This document shows positions 44,213 through 54,163 of a stretch of DNA of 64,000 nucleotides, in pieces. This stretch comes from an uncultured Clostridium sp. (GTDB lineage: Bacteria > Bacillota > Clostridia > TANB77 > CAG-508). The stretch's first letter is position 1. Each line of letters begins with the position of its first letter. Position numbers and translations under genes: made by a program. Under the pieces are notes generated by a model. The model made no database searches, was not told where the DNA came from, and worked only from the letters and a program-made list of their open reading frames with translations. The stretch is taken from contig CANONT010000002.1 in assembly GCA_947567695.1 (NCBI GenBank), forward strand, positions 23,636 through 87,635, in the 5' to 3' direction.

Positions 44213-44830
44213 TTAACTAAACACCCATCTCTCAATTTCTGTAAAGCATATTTCTAAACTTTCTGGATCCTTATTAACAAGTTTCAGTTCTTGTCCTACT
44301 ATAAAATCTGTCCTAGCTTCGCTCTCATAAATTTTTCTCAACACCTCTTCTGATTGTACTTTTCTTTCAATTTCTTTTTCCTTCTTGCTTGGATCATAGG
44401 AATCGGTCTCATGAATCAAACTTCTCTCATTCGATAAATCTCTTATGCAACCTCTTTGATATACTTGTTCAAAAGTTTCCCCATACAATTTTACTGTCAA
44501 TACATCATAATCATACTTACACGATATTTTATCAAAAAAATCTTTCCAGATCCTTTTAAAAGGATAATCTATCAGGATAATTTCATCTTCTCTTTTCATA
44601 CATTCTTCTAACATTTTTTTAAAACAATTGAGAGCAATGGTGCGATTTCTTTTTTTTCCTTTTGAATCATGAAATCCTATCATTTCACAAATTTCTTCCA
44701 AGATAGTGTCTACTGTAATAACTGTCACATTTTCTATTTTATTTTGTATATATTTTGATAATGTCGTTTTTCCTACACCAGATATACCAGTTAAAATAAT
44801 GAGCTTTTTCATATAATTTTTTCCTTCCAA
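44213..44830 (-). CDS. P-loop NTPase / AAA-type kinase-like protein
   Basis: 205 aa. Walker A ILTGISGVGKTT and Walker-B-like IILIDYP. Resembles zeta-toxin/AAA_33-type small kinases. No antitoxin-like partner is evident. Confidence 0.5.
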   Translation of the reverse strand: MEGKNYMKKLIILTGISGVGKTTLSKYIQNKIENVTVITVDTILEEICEMIGFHDSKGKKRNRTIALNCFKKMLEECMKREDEIILIDYPFKRIWKDFFDKISCKYDYDVLTVKLYGETFEQVYQRGCIRDLSNERSLIHETDSYDPSKKEKEIERKVQSEEVLRKIYESEARTDFIVGQELKLVNKDPESLEICFTEIERWVFS

Positions 44831-44892
44831 TCACTGTTATAATAAATTATTATCTCATTTCATTATTTCAAAAATCTTATCTTATATTTACA

Positions 44893-45873
44893 TCATTTTT
44901 GAGCAATCATTAAAACCACTAATCCAACGACAGCCAAAAGCACTCCTAGTGAAATCCTCAACCAATTCTTCTTAAACTCCAACTCCTTAAACACACAAAT
45001 GCCAAAAAATATGGTAAAAATCGTATTTAACTGTACAATGGTATATGCAATGGACCCTTGAATATATTTATAAGCTGTAATAAAAAAGTAGGTTGCAAAA
45101 TAATATACAATTCCTGCTAATAAAGCTAAAAAATTATCCTTTGTAGCAAATCTTCCTAGTTTTTTCAAACTCTTGTCTTTACAAATAATATAAATCAAAC
45201 AAGTCAACAGCATAAACACAGCAGAATATAACTGTTGCTCATAAATCAAATTAGCATCTGAAGTATACTTTCTCATCAATGCATTTACACCATAAAATAG
45301 TGCAGAAATTAAAGCATAAAAAATCCCTTTTTTATCAAACACTTCCCCTTCTGTTTCATTCTTAATGGTAAGTAACATAGCAGAAGAAAAAATAGCTATG
45401 ATTGCCAAAAATAGAAAATATATTTTTGTGGTAGATGCTTCTCCAAAAATGAAAAAAATTAACAAAGCTCCAATTGGTCCTTGGAAATTTTTCCATTGAT
45501 TTGACCTTGACATCCCAATTTTATCAATGGCAATTACTAATGAAATAGAAGCTACCATAGAAAGTACACCAGCTATGGCAGCATATATTAGTAATGGATT
45601 CGTTAAATCTAACTCATACCCCTTTATGGCATAGATCCCACAAATTAAAATCGAAGAAATGACAAACCCAATTGACATGTATAAGGTATAATATTTTGGT
45701 TTTTGATGAGATAATTTTCTTGGAATGATATACAAAGTATGAAAAACGGAAGACAAGATTGCAAGTGTATATCCTAATATTAAATTTTGCACAACGAATT
45801 CCCCCTTCATGAATACAATTCTATCAATTACAATTGACAGCATTTTAATTTGCATACCTGCAACTACACTCAT
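44893..45873 (-). CDS. DMT-superfamily (EamA/GRP-like) transporter
   Basis: About 10 TM segments in two halves, typical of 10-TMS DMT transporters. Confidence 0.55.
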   Translation of the reverse strand: MSVVAGMQIKMLSIVIDRIVFMKGEFVVQNLILGYTLAILSSVFHTLYIIPRKLSHQKPKYYTLYMSIGFVISSILICGIYAIKGYELDLTNPLLIYAAIAGVLSMVASISLVIAIDKIGMSRSNQWKNFQGPIGALLIFFIFGEASTTKIYFLFLAIIAIFSSAMLLTIKNETEGEVFDKKGIFYALISALFYGVNALMRKYTSDANLIYEQQLYSAVFMLLTCLIYIICKDKSLKKLGRFATKDNFLALLAGIVYYFATYFFITAYKYIQGSIAYTIVQLNTIFTIFFGICVFKELEFKKNWLRISLGVLLAVVGLVVLMIAQK

Positions 45874-47638
45874 TTAGCTTATCTTTTAACAAATCACTTT
45901 GCGTGTCATAAATCTTTTTAAAAAACTCTTGTTTCGTAACAAAATTTTCATTTGTCATATAATTCATGGTAGCAATTGACACATTCAAACAATGATCCAT
46001 AATCTTTTCACAAATCGTCAAAAGTTCTATATAAGCAATCCCGCTTTCGACATGACACGTTTTTTCTTTTAATCTTTGAATATGTGCCTTTTTATACTTA
46101 TCTTTTTGTACTTCTGCAAATTCTTTCATTGCTTCAATCTCTACAATAAGATTTAAATCCTTTTGTTTAAAAGCCTGTAAAGTAGTCAAAATACTGTCTT
46201 GTGTCATGGTACAAATTCTTGCAAAATTTTCCTGTGCTTCTTCCGAAATCTTTACATTTCTCTCATGCATATCTTCTACTGTTTCTGAAAAACGATACGC
46301 ATAATCTCCTATTTTTTCAAACTCAGACTGTATATTAAGCAAGGCATTCACGGTTATATTTTCTTGTTCTGACAAATCTAAATTTCCGATCCCAACTAGA
46401 AATCCAGTCACAACTTGCTCCATTTTATTAATTGCTTTCTCTCTTTCTGCAATCTTTTCTAATTTTTTCATCTGAAAATCATCTAACAATTTGACTGATC
46501 TTTTAAAATTCTTTTGTGCTATTTCTCCCATTTTTTCGATAACATCTGTACTATTCATAATAGCTATATTCGGTATGTTTGCAACTCTTTCATCTAACCT
46601 ATTTAACACAGCTAAATAATCACTTTCGTCGTCATCATCGTCGTCTGTTCCCTTTTTATCACGAATGGTAATCATTGTTAATTTTTCGATTCCATTAATA
46701 AATGGGAATAATAATATGGTTGATACTACATTAAAAATCGTATGGAAATTGGCGATTTGTCCCATATCGACTGTATCTTGCCAAAATGAAAATCCAATGA
46801 AAAATTGGTAAGCATAGATAAATATCAAAAATATGACAGTTCCTATTAGGTTAAAATATAAATGAACCGCCGCTGTTCTTTTTGCGTTTTTAGATCCCCC
46901 CATACTAGCTAATATAGAAGTGCCACAGGTTCCAATATTTTGCCCTAATATGATCGGAATCGTAGTTGCATAGGTTACCATTCCTGTTGTTGATAACGCT
47001 TGCAAAATTCCTACTGTTGCTGATGAACTTTGTACAATCATAGTAATAAAAGCCCCAGCTAACACGCCTAAAATAGGATTTGACAATTTTGATAGCATTT
47101 CTGATAAGATTGGTAAGTCGCTAAATCCACTGGCTATGTCTATCATGCTAATCATTCCTGTAAATAACAATCCAATTCCTATCATCATTTCTCCCATATT
47201 GTTTTTCTTTTGGTTTTTGGCAGTTTCCAGCATAAAGACTCCTATTAAAAGAAACATTGGTGCCAACACAGCTGGTGTAAGTAAAGATAACCAGCTACTA
47301 CTGTCTATGTTTGCCAGTCTTAAAATTTGTGAAGTAATCGTGGTTCCTATGTTAGCTCCCATGATAATAGGAATGGCATTTTTTAATTTTAAAATTTCAG
47401 AATTAACAAGTCCAACTACAATAATCGTTGTAGCAGATGAACTTTGGGTTGCTACTGTGATTACGATTCCTGTTAGTAGTCCTTTAAACATGTTGTCAGT
47501 AGCAGAAACTAAAAATTTTTCTAGTTTTCCACCTGATAATTTCTTTAAATTGGTACTTAGTATTTTCATTCCATAAATTAATAATGCTAATCCACCTAGT
47601 AATTTGATGATCGATATTAGTATGTTCAATGATTTCAC
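45845..47638 (-). CDS. Na+/phosphate cotransporter family protein with C-terminal PhoU-like domains
   Basis: N-terminal NptA-type duplicated GANIGTT/QSSSAT motifs (VATQSSSATTIIVVGLV, GANIGTTITSQIL; second repeat VQSSSATVGILQAL, GQNIGTCGTS). Followed by two PhoU-like alpha-helical repeats. Confidence 0.8.
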   Translation of the reverse strand: MKSLNILISIIKLLGGLALLIYGMKILSTNLKKLSGGKLEKFLVSATDNMFKGLLTGIVITVATQSSSATTIIVVGLVNSEILKLKNAIPIIMGANIGTTITSQILRLANIDSSSWLSLLTPAVLAPMFLLIGVFMLETAKNQKKNNMGEMMIGIGLLFTGMISMIDIASGFSDLPILSEMLSKLSNPILGVLAGAFITMIVQSSSATVGILQALSTTGMVTYATTIPIILGQNIGTCGTSILASMGGSKNAKRTAAVHLYFNLIGTVIFLIFIYAYQFFIGFSFWQDTVDMGQIANFHTIFNVVSTILLFPFINGIEKLTMITIRDKKGTDDDDDDESDYLAVLNRLDERVANIPNIAIMNSTDVIEKMGEIAQKNFKRSVKLLDDFQMKKLEKIAEREKAINKMEQVVTGFLVGIGNLDLSEQENITVNALLNIQSEFEKIGDYAYRFSETVEDMHERNVKISEEAQENFARICTMTQDSILTTLQAFKQKDLNLIVEIEAMKEFAEVQKDKYKKAHIQRLKEKTCHVESGIAYIELLTICEKIMDHCLNVSIATMNYMTNENFVTKQEFFKKIYDTQSDLLKDKLNECSCRYAN

Positions 47639-47705
47639 CTCAAATTATTTTTATTTTTTTCTAACTTCATTTTGTCTGTAATTGCAACATCTTTTTATTT
47701 TTTGG

Positions 47706-48224
47706 TTATTTTTCTTTTGTTTTCTCTTGCTTATTTTTTACTAATGCAATCATAGCTGATACAAATTGTGAAATTGATTGAATTGCGCCTACATATGCCA
47801 TAACAATCACATTATAAATTGCCCATCCTAATCCCACAACCGCTGTTGTGATTCTGATTACTTTTACATCATCTTGCCACAATCCATAAGTATAAATAAC
47901 AGTAACAATAATAGGAATTACACTCCATATATTTTGCCAACTCATGATTCCAGAAATAATGGCTATTATTTCAAAAATCAATAAAATCATGAGTGATGGT
48001 TTTTTGTCTTTTTTCTTGTAATAGTAAAAAACGATACATCTTATTACATTTATAATAGATACAACTGCTCCTGTGACAGCATTTAATAAAAAGTATTGTA
48101 TAGTTACTACAATGTTTGCAAACACCATACCCATGACAATTTTTTCTTTGGTTTTAAATTGAACGGATATCACCGTAAGTATTAATACGATAATTCCACA
48201 AATTTGTGCTAAGATAAACAACAT
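47706..48224 (-). CDS. YgjV-family inner membrane protein (paralog 1)
   Basis: 172 aa, 5-6 TM segments. Clear paralogy to the 62633-63148 product (shared ...IRCIVFYYY/IRTFLFINKS and WQ.N/WQDD motifs). Confidence 0.5.
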   Translation of the reverse strand: MLFILAQICGIIVLILTVISVQFKTKEKIVMGMVFANIVVTIQYFLLNAVTGAVVSIINVIRCIVFYYYKKKDKKPSLMILLIFEIIAIISGIMSWQNIWSVIPIIVTVIYTYGLWQDDVKVIRITTAVVGLGWAIYNVIVMAYVGAIQSISQFVSAMIALVKNKQEKTKEK

Positions 48225-48902
48225 TAAATTTCTCCTTTTTCTAGTATTCTATATTTATATTTTGATATATATTTTTGCACCAAACAATAAACAGCATAAG
48301 CCGTCCATACCCCTATAATGCCTAATGGTGTATAAGACAAAGCAGTAGCTACCACTATTTTTATGATTGAAGTCATAAAATTACGTTTTGCCAAAAATTT
48401 AAACTCCCTCAATCCACGAAGGATACCATAATAATAAGTGCTACTAATTTCTGCATATTGTCCTATTACCAACAATGGTAATACTGAATAAAAAATCACT
48501 AACAATTCGTGTTGTTTTAAAAATATAGAAGCAATTACAATGGCAATCATTGTTACCATAACTGGAACAATTACTGAAAAACTAATGATAATTTTTCTTA
48601 CTACTTATCGCTATTAGCATGGTGATTATAACGGCATTTCCTGTTAGTAGTTTCATTTTTTCTTGATTTTTTTCGCCTTGCACTTTTGCTAGTAATGCCA
48701 TATTTGAGACATTGATGGATTGAATGCTCATTTGCATAATATTTAATACGACACCCATTGCCCCTATTGCCCCTATCTCATTCGTGCCTAAGGTTGCAAT
48801 GACAAGGGTATCCACTAAGGTCATTAAAATGTTAATAAAGTTTTCTGTCGCAATTGGAACAGACCTTTTTAATTGCTTTTTTACGCTTAATGTTTCTTCC
48901 AT
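48224..48902 (-). pseudogene. MATE-family efflux transporter remnant (N- and C-terminal pieces only, internal deletion plus frame break)
   Basis: 48582-48902 encodes a MATE N-terminus (RSVPIATENFINILMTLVDTLVIATLG). 48224-48559 encodes the C-terminal helices. Together they total about 217 aa versus about 450 aa for an intact MATE. Confidence 0.5.
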
Positions 48903-49121
48903 TCTTTTAACCGTTTCTCCTCTGTTATTACTTTTATCTCATTTTTTTCTAAAGTATAATTTCATTGAAAAGTTTCTAGTTCAAAAAATTAATTTTTGCT
49001 TTGTCCATTATAACATCTATTAAAAAAAAATCCACCCTTTTTTCTATTTTTTATGACAAAAAGCATTATATTTTCTTTAAAATTGGGTCATACTATTTCA
49101 TATATATTTGGAGGTGATTTT

Positions 49122-49676
49122 ATGAAATTAACAATATGCGAATTAAGCTATTTAAATGAACTAATAACAAGTTGTGTCAACACCATTACCTGTATGTCTT
49201 TATTTCGTAATCAAATAACAGACGAGGAATTAAAATCTTTATTAAATACCCATTTTCCAATCCATGTTGAAGATTACAACAGAAAAGTAGAATTTGTAAA
49301 AAATGTTGAAACAGCAACAGGAAAACTAAATGTCCCACAATTAAACACATCTATTTTCACAGAAGATGTCAATGAGACAAAACCAGCCCAACCTATCACA
49401 GTCAATACAAACGTGACAAAACTAACCGATCGAGAAATTGCTTTATCCTATTTCTTAACACTAAAAAGAGCCGGTAAAGAATATGCCATTGCTTCTATGG
49501 AAGTTACCAATCCTAATTTAAGACAATTTTTAAAAGATGCTTACACCATGAGTTGCAATCATTCTTTTGAAGTATACGAATGGATGGCAAAAAATAACTA
49601 TTATCCAATCATTGTCACAACCGCAGAACAAACAGGGAATATTGCTAGTATTTACAATACCATTCCACTAAACTAA
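49122..49676 (+). CDS. spore coat protein F-like (two Coat_F-type segments)
   Basis: RBS GGAGGTG 6 nt before the ATG at 49122. C-terminal segment LTDREIALSYFLTLKRAGKEYAIASMEVTNPNLRQFLKDAYTMSCNHSFEVYEWMAKNNYYP matches the CotF domain pattern. Confidence 0.6.
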   Translation: MKLTICELSYLNELITSCVNTITCMSLFRNQITDEELKSLLNTHFPIHVEDYNRKVEFVKNVETATGKLNVPQLNTSIFTEDVNETKPAQPITVNTNVTKLTDREIALSYFLTLKRAGKEYAIASMEVTNPNLRQFLKDAYTMSCNHSFEVYEWMAKNNYYPIIVTTAEQTGNIASIYNTIPLN

Positions 49677-49761
49677 ATGAAACTCTTTCTATAGTAAGAA
49701 GTTCAGAAAACTTTGGAATTCTAAAAGTATAGAAATTTTATATTGATTTCTATACTTTTAC

Positions 49762-50067
49762 TTAAATTTCTAGCCTCTTATATCTTTCACAATCCAATTT
49801 TTCTTGCCAAAACTTATCTAAATTATTCTTAACAATCAGTTCTTCTTTTTGAACTTTTGTCAACTTTTTAATTCGATACTCTAACTTAGAAGCCAATACC
49901 CTATCATCTGTTTGCCATACAGCTTCTAACTTTTTAGCAGTATGACTATAAGTATATTTGGCACAATTCACTTTACTAAAATGTTCTTCCATTCTATGTT
50001 CTACATTTGTCGTAATCCCTGTGTAGATAGAATGATCTTCACACCTCAGCATATAAACGTAATACAT
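49762..50067 (-). CDS. GIY-YIG nuclease superfamily protein (UPF0213/YazA-like)
   Basis: MYYVYMLRCEDHSIYTGITTNVEHRMEEH is the GIY-YIG core. RBS AGAAGGAGAT before the ATG at 50067. The 56-codon upstream extension in the track ORF reads through a repeat element and is not coding. Confidence 0.65.
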   Translation of the reverse strand: MYYVYMLRCEDHSIYTGITTNVEHRMEEHFSKVNCAKYTYSHTAKKLEAVWQTDDRVLASKLEYRIKKLTKVQKEELIVKNNLDKFWQEKLDCERYKRLEI

Positions 50068-50105
50068 AAAATCTCCTTCTTTCTTGTTAAACAACCTGAG
50101 TGGCA

Positions 50106-50130
50106 TGGCGAGTTTGTGCCTGTCCCAAAA
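50106..50130. repeat. repeat family copy B (TGGCGAGTTTGTGCCTGTCCCAAAA...), with a second CTGTCCCAG half-site at 50154-50162
   Basis: Intergenic, between the GIY-YIG gene start and the rRNA methyltransferase stop. The first 25 nt are identical to copies A and C. Confidence 0.5.
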
Positions 50131-50174
50131 CACACCTAGAGGGATAATTGGGGACTGTCCCAGAAAGTACCTCA

Positions 50175-51110
50175 TCACAATTTTTTGATTTTCGCAATGA
50201 AGAAACCTTCGTAAAGTTGGTTTGGACATACGCATAAGGTGCCTTTTATTTTGGTTGGAAGAAGCGGAAGCTGATCAATTCCTTTACATTCAATTGGTAC
50301 GATTTCTGCATTTCCTTGTTTTAGCATATTTTGAACGATGTCCTCGTTTTCATTTGCTAAAATAGAGCAAGTTGAGTATACCATTTCTTTTCCTTGTTTT
50401 AACAAATGGATTGCTTTTTTTAATAATGTTGTTTGCGTTTCTACTGATTTTTGCACTAATTTTTCAGTAAAAGTTTCTTCTAATTTATGATTTCGTTTGT
50501 CATCTTGCCAATGTAATTGGATGGTTCCACTTCCACTACATGGTGAATCTAACAAGATTTGATCAAAGGAAAAAAAGTCATCTATTTTTCTGGCATCTTG
50601 TGTCATAACATATACCTTAGCTTCTTGTTTTTCTAGGTTGTATTGCAGGCGTTCTGCTCGAATTTTATTGATTTCACATGCTGTGATATTTGCTTTATTG
50701 TTAGTCATTGCTGCTATTTGTGTTGTTTTCCCTCCTGGTGCCGCTGCCATATCTAATATATCGGCTCCTTCTTTTGGTTGTAAGATAATAGGTGGTAACA
50801 TAGAAGATAAACTTTGTAAATAGATTTTTCCCTCTTGATAGATTTCTAAATTTCTAATTTCTTTTTCAGAGACATTTTTTAAGATAAAGGCTGTATTACT
50901 CCATTCTACTTTTTCATACTCTATGTCATTTTCTTTCAAAATATCTTCGATTTCCGCTACTTCACTTTTTAATGTGTTCACACGAAAGGTGGTGTTTCTC
51001 TTAGTTTGATAGCCTTCCAAGATTTTTTCTGCTATTGGTTTGCCATATTGCTCTTCTATCATTTCTTTTAAAAATGTGGGTATTTTTGATCCCTTTGAAT
51101 CCGTATTCAT
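50175..51110 (-). CDS. RsmB/RsmF-family rRNA cytosine-C5 methyltransferase
   Basis: SAM-binding DMAAAPGGKT, catalytic DSPCSGSGT and TCS blocks of the NOL1/NOP2/Sun family. RBS AAAGGAGATG. Confidence 0.7.
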   Translation of the reverse strand: MNTDSKGSKIPTFLKEMIEEQYGKPIAEKILEGYQTKRNTTFRVNTLKSEVAEIEDILKENDIEYEKVEWSNTAFILKNVSEKEIRNLEIYQEGKIYLQSLSSMLPPIILQPKEGADILDMAAAPGGKTTQIAAMTNNKANITACEINKIRAERLQYNLEKQEAKVYVMTQDARKIDDFFSFDQILLDSPCSGSGTIQLHWQDDKRNHKLEETFTEKLVQKSVETQTTLLKKAIHLLKQGKEMVYSTCSILANENEDIVQNMLKQGNAEIVPIECKGIDQLPLLPTKIKGTLCVCPNQLYEGFFIAKIKKL

Positions 51111-51146
51111 TCAACATCTCCTTTTTGTATTGTTTTACTAAATTTT

Positions 51147-52831
51147 TTATTTTTTTCCCTGATTTTTCAATATGTCTTTTATTATGTTTGGGTCTACCTT
51201 GTATTTTCTTTCTGCAGTCATTAATCCATTTATTTCTTGTTGAACATCTGTTAATTGGGTATAGCAATATCCTGATAGATAAGGAATTCTATTAACTGCT
51301 TTTGTAAGTTTTCTAAAACGATCCATCAACTCTTTTTTATCTTTTACTTGCTTTCCATATCCCCAACCTTCTTTGGAATCAATTGCAATCCCACCATATT
51401 CACTCATAATAACTGGTTGTCCTTTATACTTGTAGCCATTTGCAAATAATCTATGTTTGCCATTGTATTCTTTTAAATTATTCAATACAGATTGATTTTC
51501 ATCGATATATTCTTGTTCTAGTAATTCTTCATCTTGTTTATAATCATGTATCGTTATGATATCAGATAAAGTATGTTCCCAACCATCATTTGAAATGACT
51601 GGTCTTGTGTCATCTATAGCTTTTGTCACATAATATAAGCTATTAACAAAATTTTGTTGTTTTTTGGAAACACTAACGTCTGGTACGCCCCATGATTCAT
51701 TAATAGGAACCCATGCCATGATAGAAGGGTGATTACAATTTTGTTTGACAACTTTTATCCATTCCTTGGTAAAATTCTCTAGTGAACCATCATTAAATCG
51801 ATAACAATTTGCCATTTCACTCCAAACCAATACCTCTTTTACATCACACCAATATAAAAATCTCTCATCTTCTATTTTTTGATGTTTTCTAATGCCATTA
51901 AATCCTAATGCTAAAAAACTATCAATATCTTTTATGCTACTTTCTTCTGTTGGAGGTGTTAAATGAGATTCTTTCCAATATCCTTGATCTAATATTAACT
52001 TTAAATACAAAGGCTTCCCATTTAAAAGTATTTTATTATCTTTAATTGATATATCTCTTATTCCAAAATAAGAAGCTACACGATCCATCATGATATTATT
52101 AGAATATAACTTATAATGAATATCATATAAATTAGGAGAATCCACGGACCATTCTTGTACAGTTTCTTCTTTCCCTTCTTTTATCATATTCATTTCGACT
52201 TCTTGATATCGGTTGCTTAACAACACTTTCTTGTTGTTTAACATTTTTCCCTTAAATGATATTTCGATTTCTATAAAATTGTTTTGTTTTTCCAACTCTC
52301 TTTCTTATACCTTTGTTTTCCTCTTGGTTGATCTTTTGATAAAGAATCCTCTACCTTTACTGTTATCTCATTTTCCCCTTCTACAACATAATCTTCTATC
52401 TCAAAAGAAAATCTTGAATAAGCCCCTACATTTTCACCTATGTAGTTACCATTAATCCATACTTTTGTTATATAGTCACTTCCTTCAAAATTCAAAATCA
52501 TGGATTTGTCTTGTAATTGTTCTTTTGTTAGCAAAAACTTTCTATGATACCAAACCGCCTCATGAATGGTTTCATCTTCTATTCCACTTAATTTAGTCTC
52601 ATAAGTAAAAGGAACCTTTATTTTGTTGGCTTCTGGAAAATGTAAAAAATACTGTTTCAACTCTCCTTGCTTGTTATCATCAAAAATAAAATCCCATTCT
52701 CCATTTAAGTTTTGCCAATCTTTTCTTACAAATTGTGGTCTTGGATAATCCTTTCTATCGCTTTTCACTTTTCTTTTTCTCCTTTTCCTATCCCTATCAA
52801 AAAACTCAAGACCTTTCTCCAAACTAGACAA
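51147..52831 (-). pseudogene. glycoside hydrolase family 2 (beta-galactosidase/beta-glucuronidase-like) with a frameshift in an A-run at ~52275-52300
   Basis: The N-part 52271-52831 is the GH2 sugar-binding domain (YPRPQFVRKDWQNLNGEWDF...). The C-part 51147-52295 is the TIM barrel (NHPSIMAWVPINE acid/base block, MSEYG nucleophile block). The frames overlap by 25 nt and both carry stops within TGGAAAAACAAAAC. Both pieces begin with TTG in the track. Confidence 0.65.
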
Positions 52832-52834
52832 AAG

Positions 52835-52865
52835 TGGCGAGTTTGTGCCTGTCCCAAAGTCGCCA
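52835..52865. repeat. repeat family copy C: TGGCGAGTTTGTGCCTGTCCCAAAGTCGCCA in the 5' leader of the GH2 gene
   Basis: Identical to copy A over 31 nt. Confidence 0.5.
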
Positions 52866-52877
52866 AAGTTGCCACGC

Positions 52878-54098
52878 TTATTGAATCATTTTATATAGTT
52901 TGCTATTTATGATGAGACCAACAATAGCTAAAATCATTAAGCATAAAATGATATAGAACAAGTCAATCTTTATTAATAATATTGAAAATATTAGACTTAT
53001 ACTAGCTTCTACAATTCTTCTTGATAATTGTAAATAGGATATTGCCTTTTGTTGTTGTTCTACTTTAGTATTTTTTAGTAATAAGTCACTTGTATAGGTA
53101 TCAAAAGGATCTCTTACCGCTAATATTAAATCAAATCCTATTGTCATAAATATGAATTTAAGGATCATAACAGATTGGAAACAGCTTCCTATTATGACAC
53201 AGGCAAATGCTATGATTGCTATTGTTGGCAAGATTAAATTTACTTTATCTTTAAATTTCTTATATAATTTTCCAAATATGATATTTCCAAAAATTCTAGC
53301 AAAACGCGATGATACTACAATAAAGCTTAAATAAGTGGCTGTTAATCCTACATCAAAGTACTCTTGAAGATTATATTGTATGAATAATGTAGTATTGTTT
53401 TGTCCTATATTTATGGTTGGATATAGCAGTGCAAAGGATAGGAAAATTGTCATTACCATTTTGGGAAATTTAATTTTTTCTTTATTTTCGTTAGTTACTG
53501 TTTCTTCTTGTACATTTTCTCTAATGTCAAAGATACAATATGACATTAAAATATTTATGATACAAATGCCAATGCATAGATACATTGGCATATAATGATT
53601 CATGGCAAATATAGCTCCTGCCATAAGAGCTATAACCGTTGTTATCACTGCATATATAGTATGTGTTTTGTTGGATAGTTTTATATAGTCATCTTTTTTA
53701 TTAAGATACGTCAAGTTGTTTTTTAATACAACATGTTCCATCTTTTTAAATAAGAAAGATGGTTGATATAAGATATATCCTAATATGATAATACTATAAT
53801 TATTACTAAAGGTTATTAATAGTGCACTACTCAACAACATGATGGTTCCTAATCTAATTGATTTTGTGTTTCCTATTTTGCGTATTATTTTTAAGGCTGG
53901 TGCTTGTAGTAATATACATGATAGTGTTGAAATTGTTGTTAGGAATGATATTTGGGATGCTGATAATCCTTTTACTACTGTTAAAAATAATGTACTGATT
54001 GCAATATAAAACATTAAATCATCTGATAATCCTATAAAATATGGTAAAATATTATTTGTTAACATTACTTTTCTTCTCTTTAGTTTTTCGCTTTCCAT
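52878..54098 (-). CDS. MFS-type transporter (likely sugar/glycoside transporter partnered with the GH2 gene)
   Basis: 12 predicted TM segments. The ATG at 54098 (MESEKLKRRKVMLTNN) is 5 nt after AGGAG; the track start at 54194 lies upstream. Confidence 0.6.
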   Translation of the reverse strand: MESEKLKRRKVMLTNNILPYFIGLSDDLMFYIAISTLFLTVVKGLSASQISFLTTISTLSCILLQAPALKIIRKIGNTKSIRLGTIMLLSSALLITFSNNYSIIILGYILYQPSFLFKKMEHVVLKNNLTYLNKKDDYIKLSNKTHTIYAVITTVIALMAGAIFAMNHYMPMYLCIGICIINILMSYCIFDIRENVQEETVTNENKEKIKFPKMVMTIFLSFALLYPTINIGQNNTTLFIQYNLQEYFDVGLTATYLSFIVVSSRFARIFGNIIFGKLYKKFKDKVNLILPTIAIIAFACVIIGSCFQSVMILKFIFMTIGFDLILAVRDPFDTYTSDLLLKNTKVEQQQKAISYLQLSRRIVEASISLIFSILLIKIDLFYIILCLMILAIVGLIINSKLYKMIQ

Positions 54099-54163
54099 TT
54101 TTCTCCTCGTTTTATTTTTTATCACTAACTTTTCAATATATTTTTTATGATACTTTCTTCTTG

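Noticed and set aside
50068-50235. N-terminal 56-codon extension of the GIY-YIG ORF in the track (start 50235)
   Set aside because: The extension reads through the TGGCGAG... repeat element and has no RBS. The internal ATG at 50067 has AGGAG at ideal spacing and begins exactly at the conserved GIY-YIG block.
51147-52831. Programmed ribosomal frameshift in the GH2 gene, and likewise in ispG, pyrF and uvrB
   Set aside because: No slippery heptamer or stimulatory structure at the sites. These enzyme families are not known to use recoding. Each site is corrected by a single-base deletion, so the lesions are indels rather than recoding signals.
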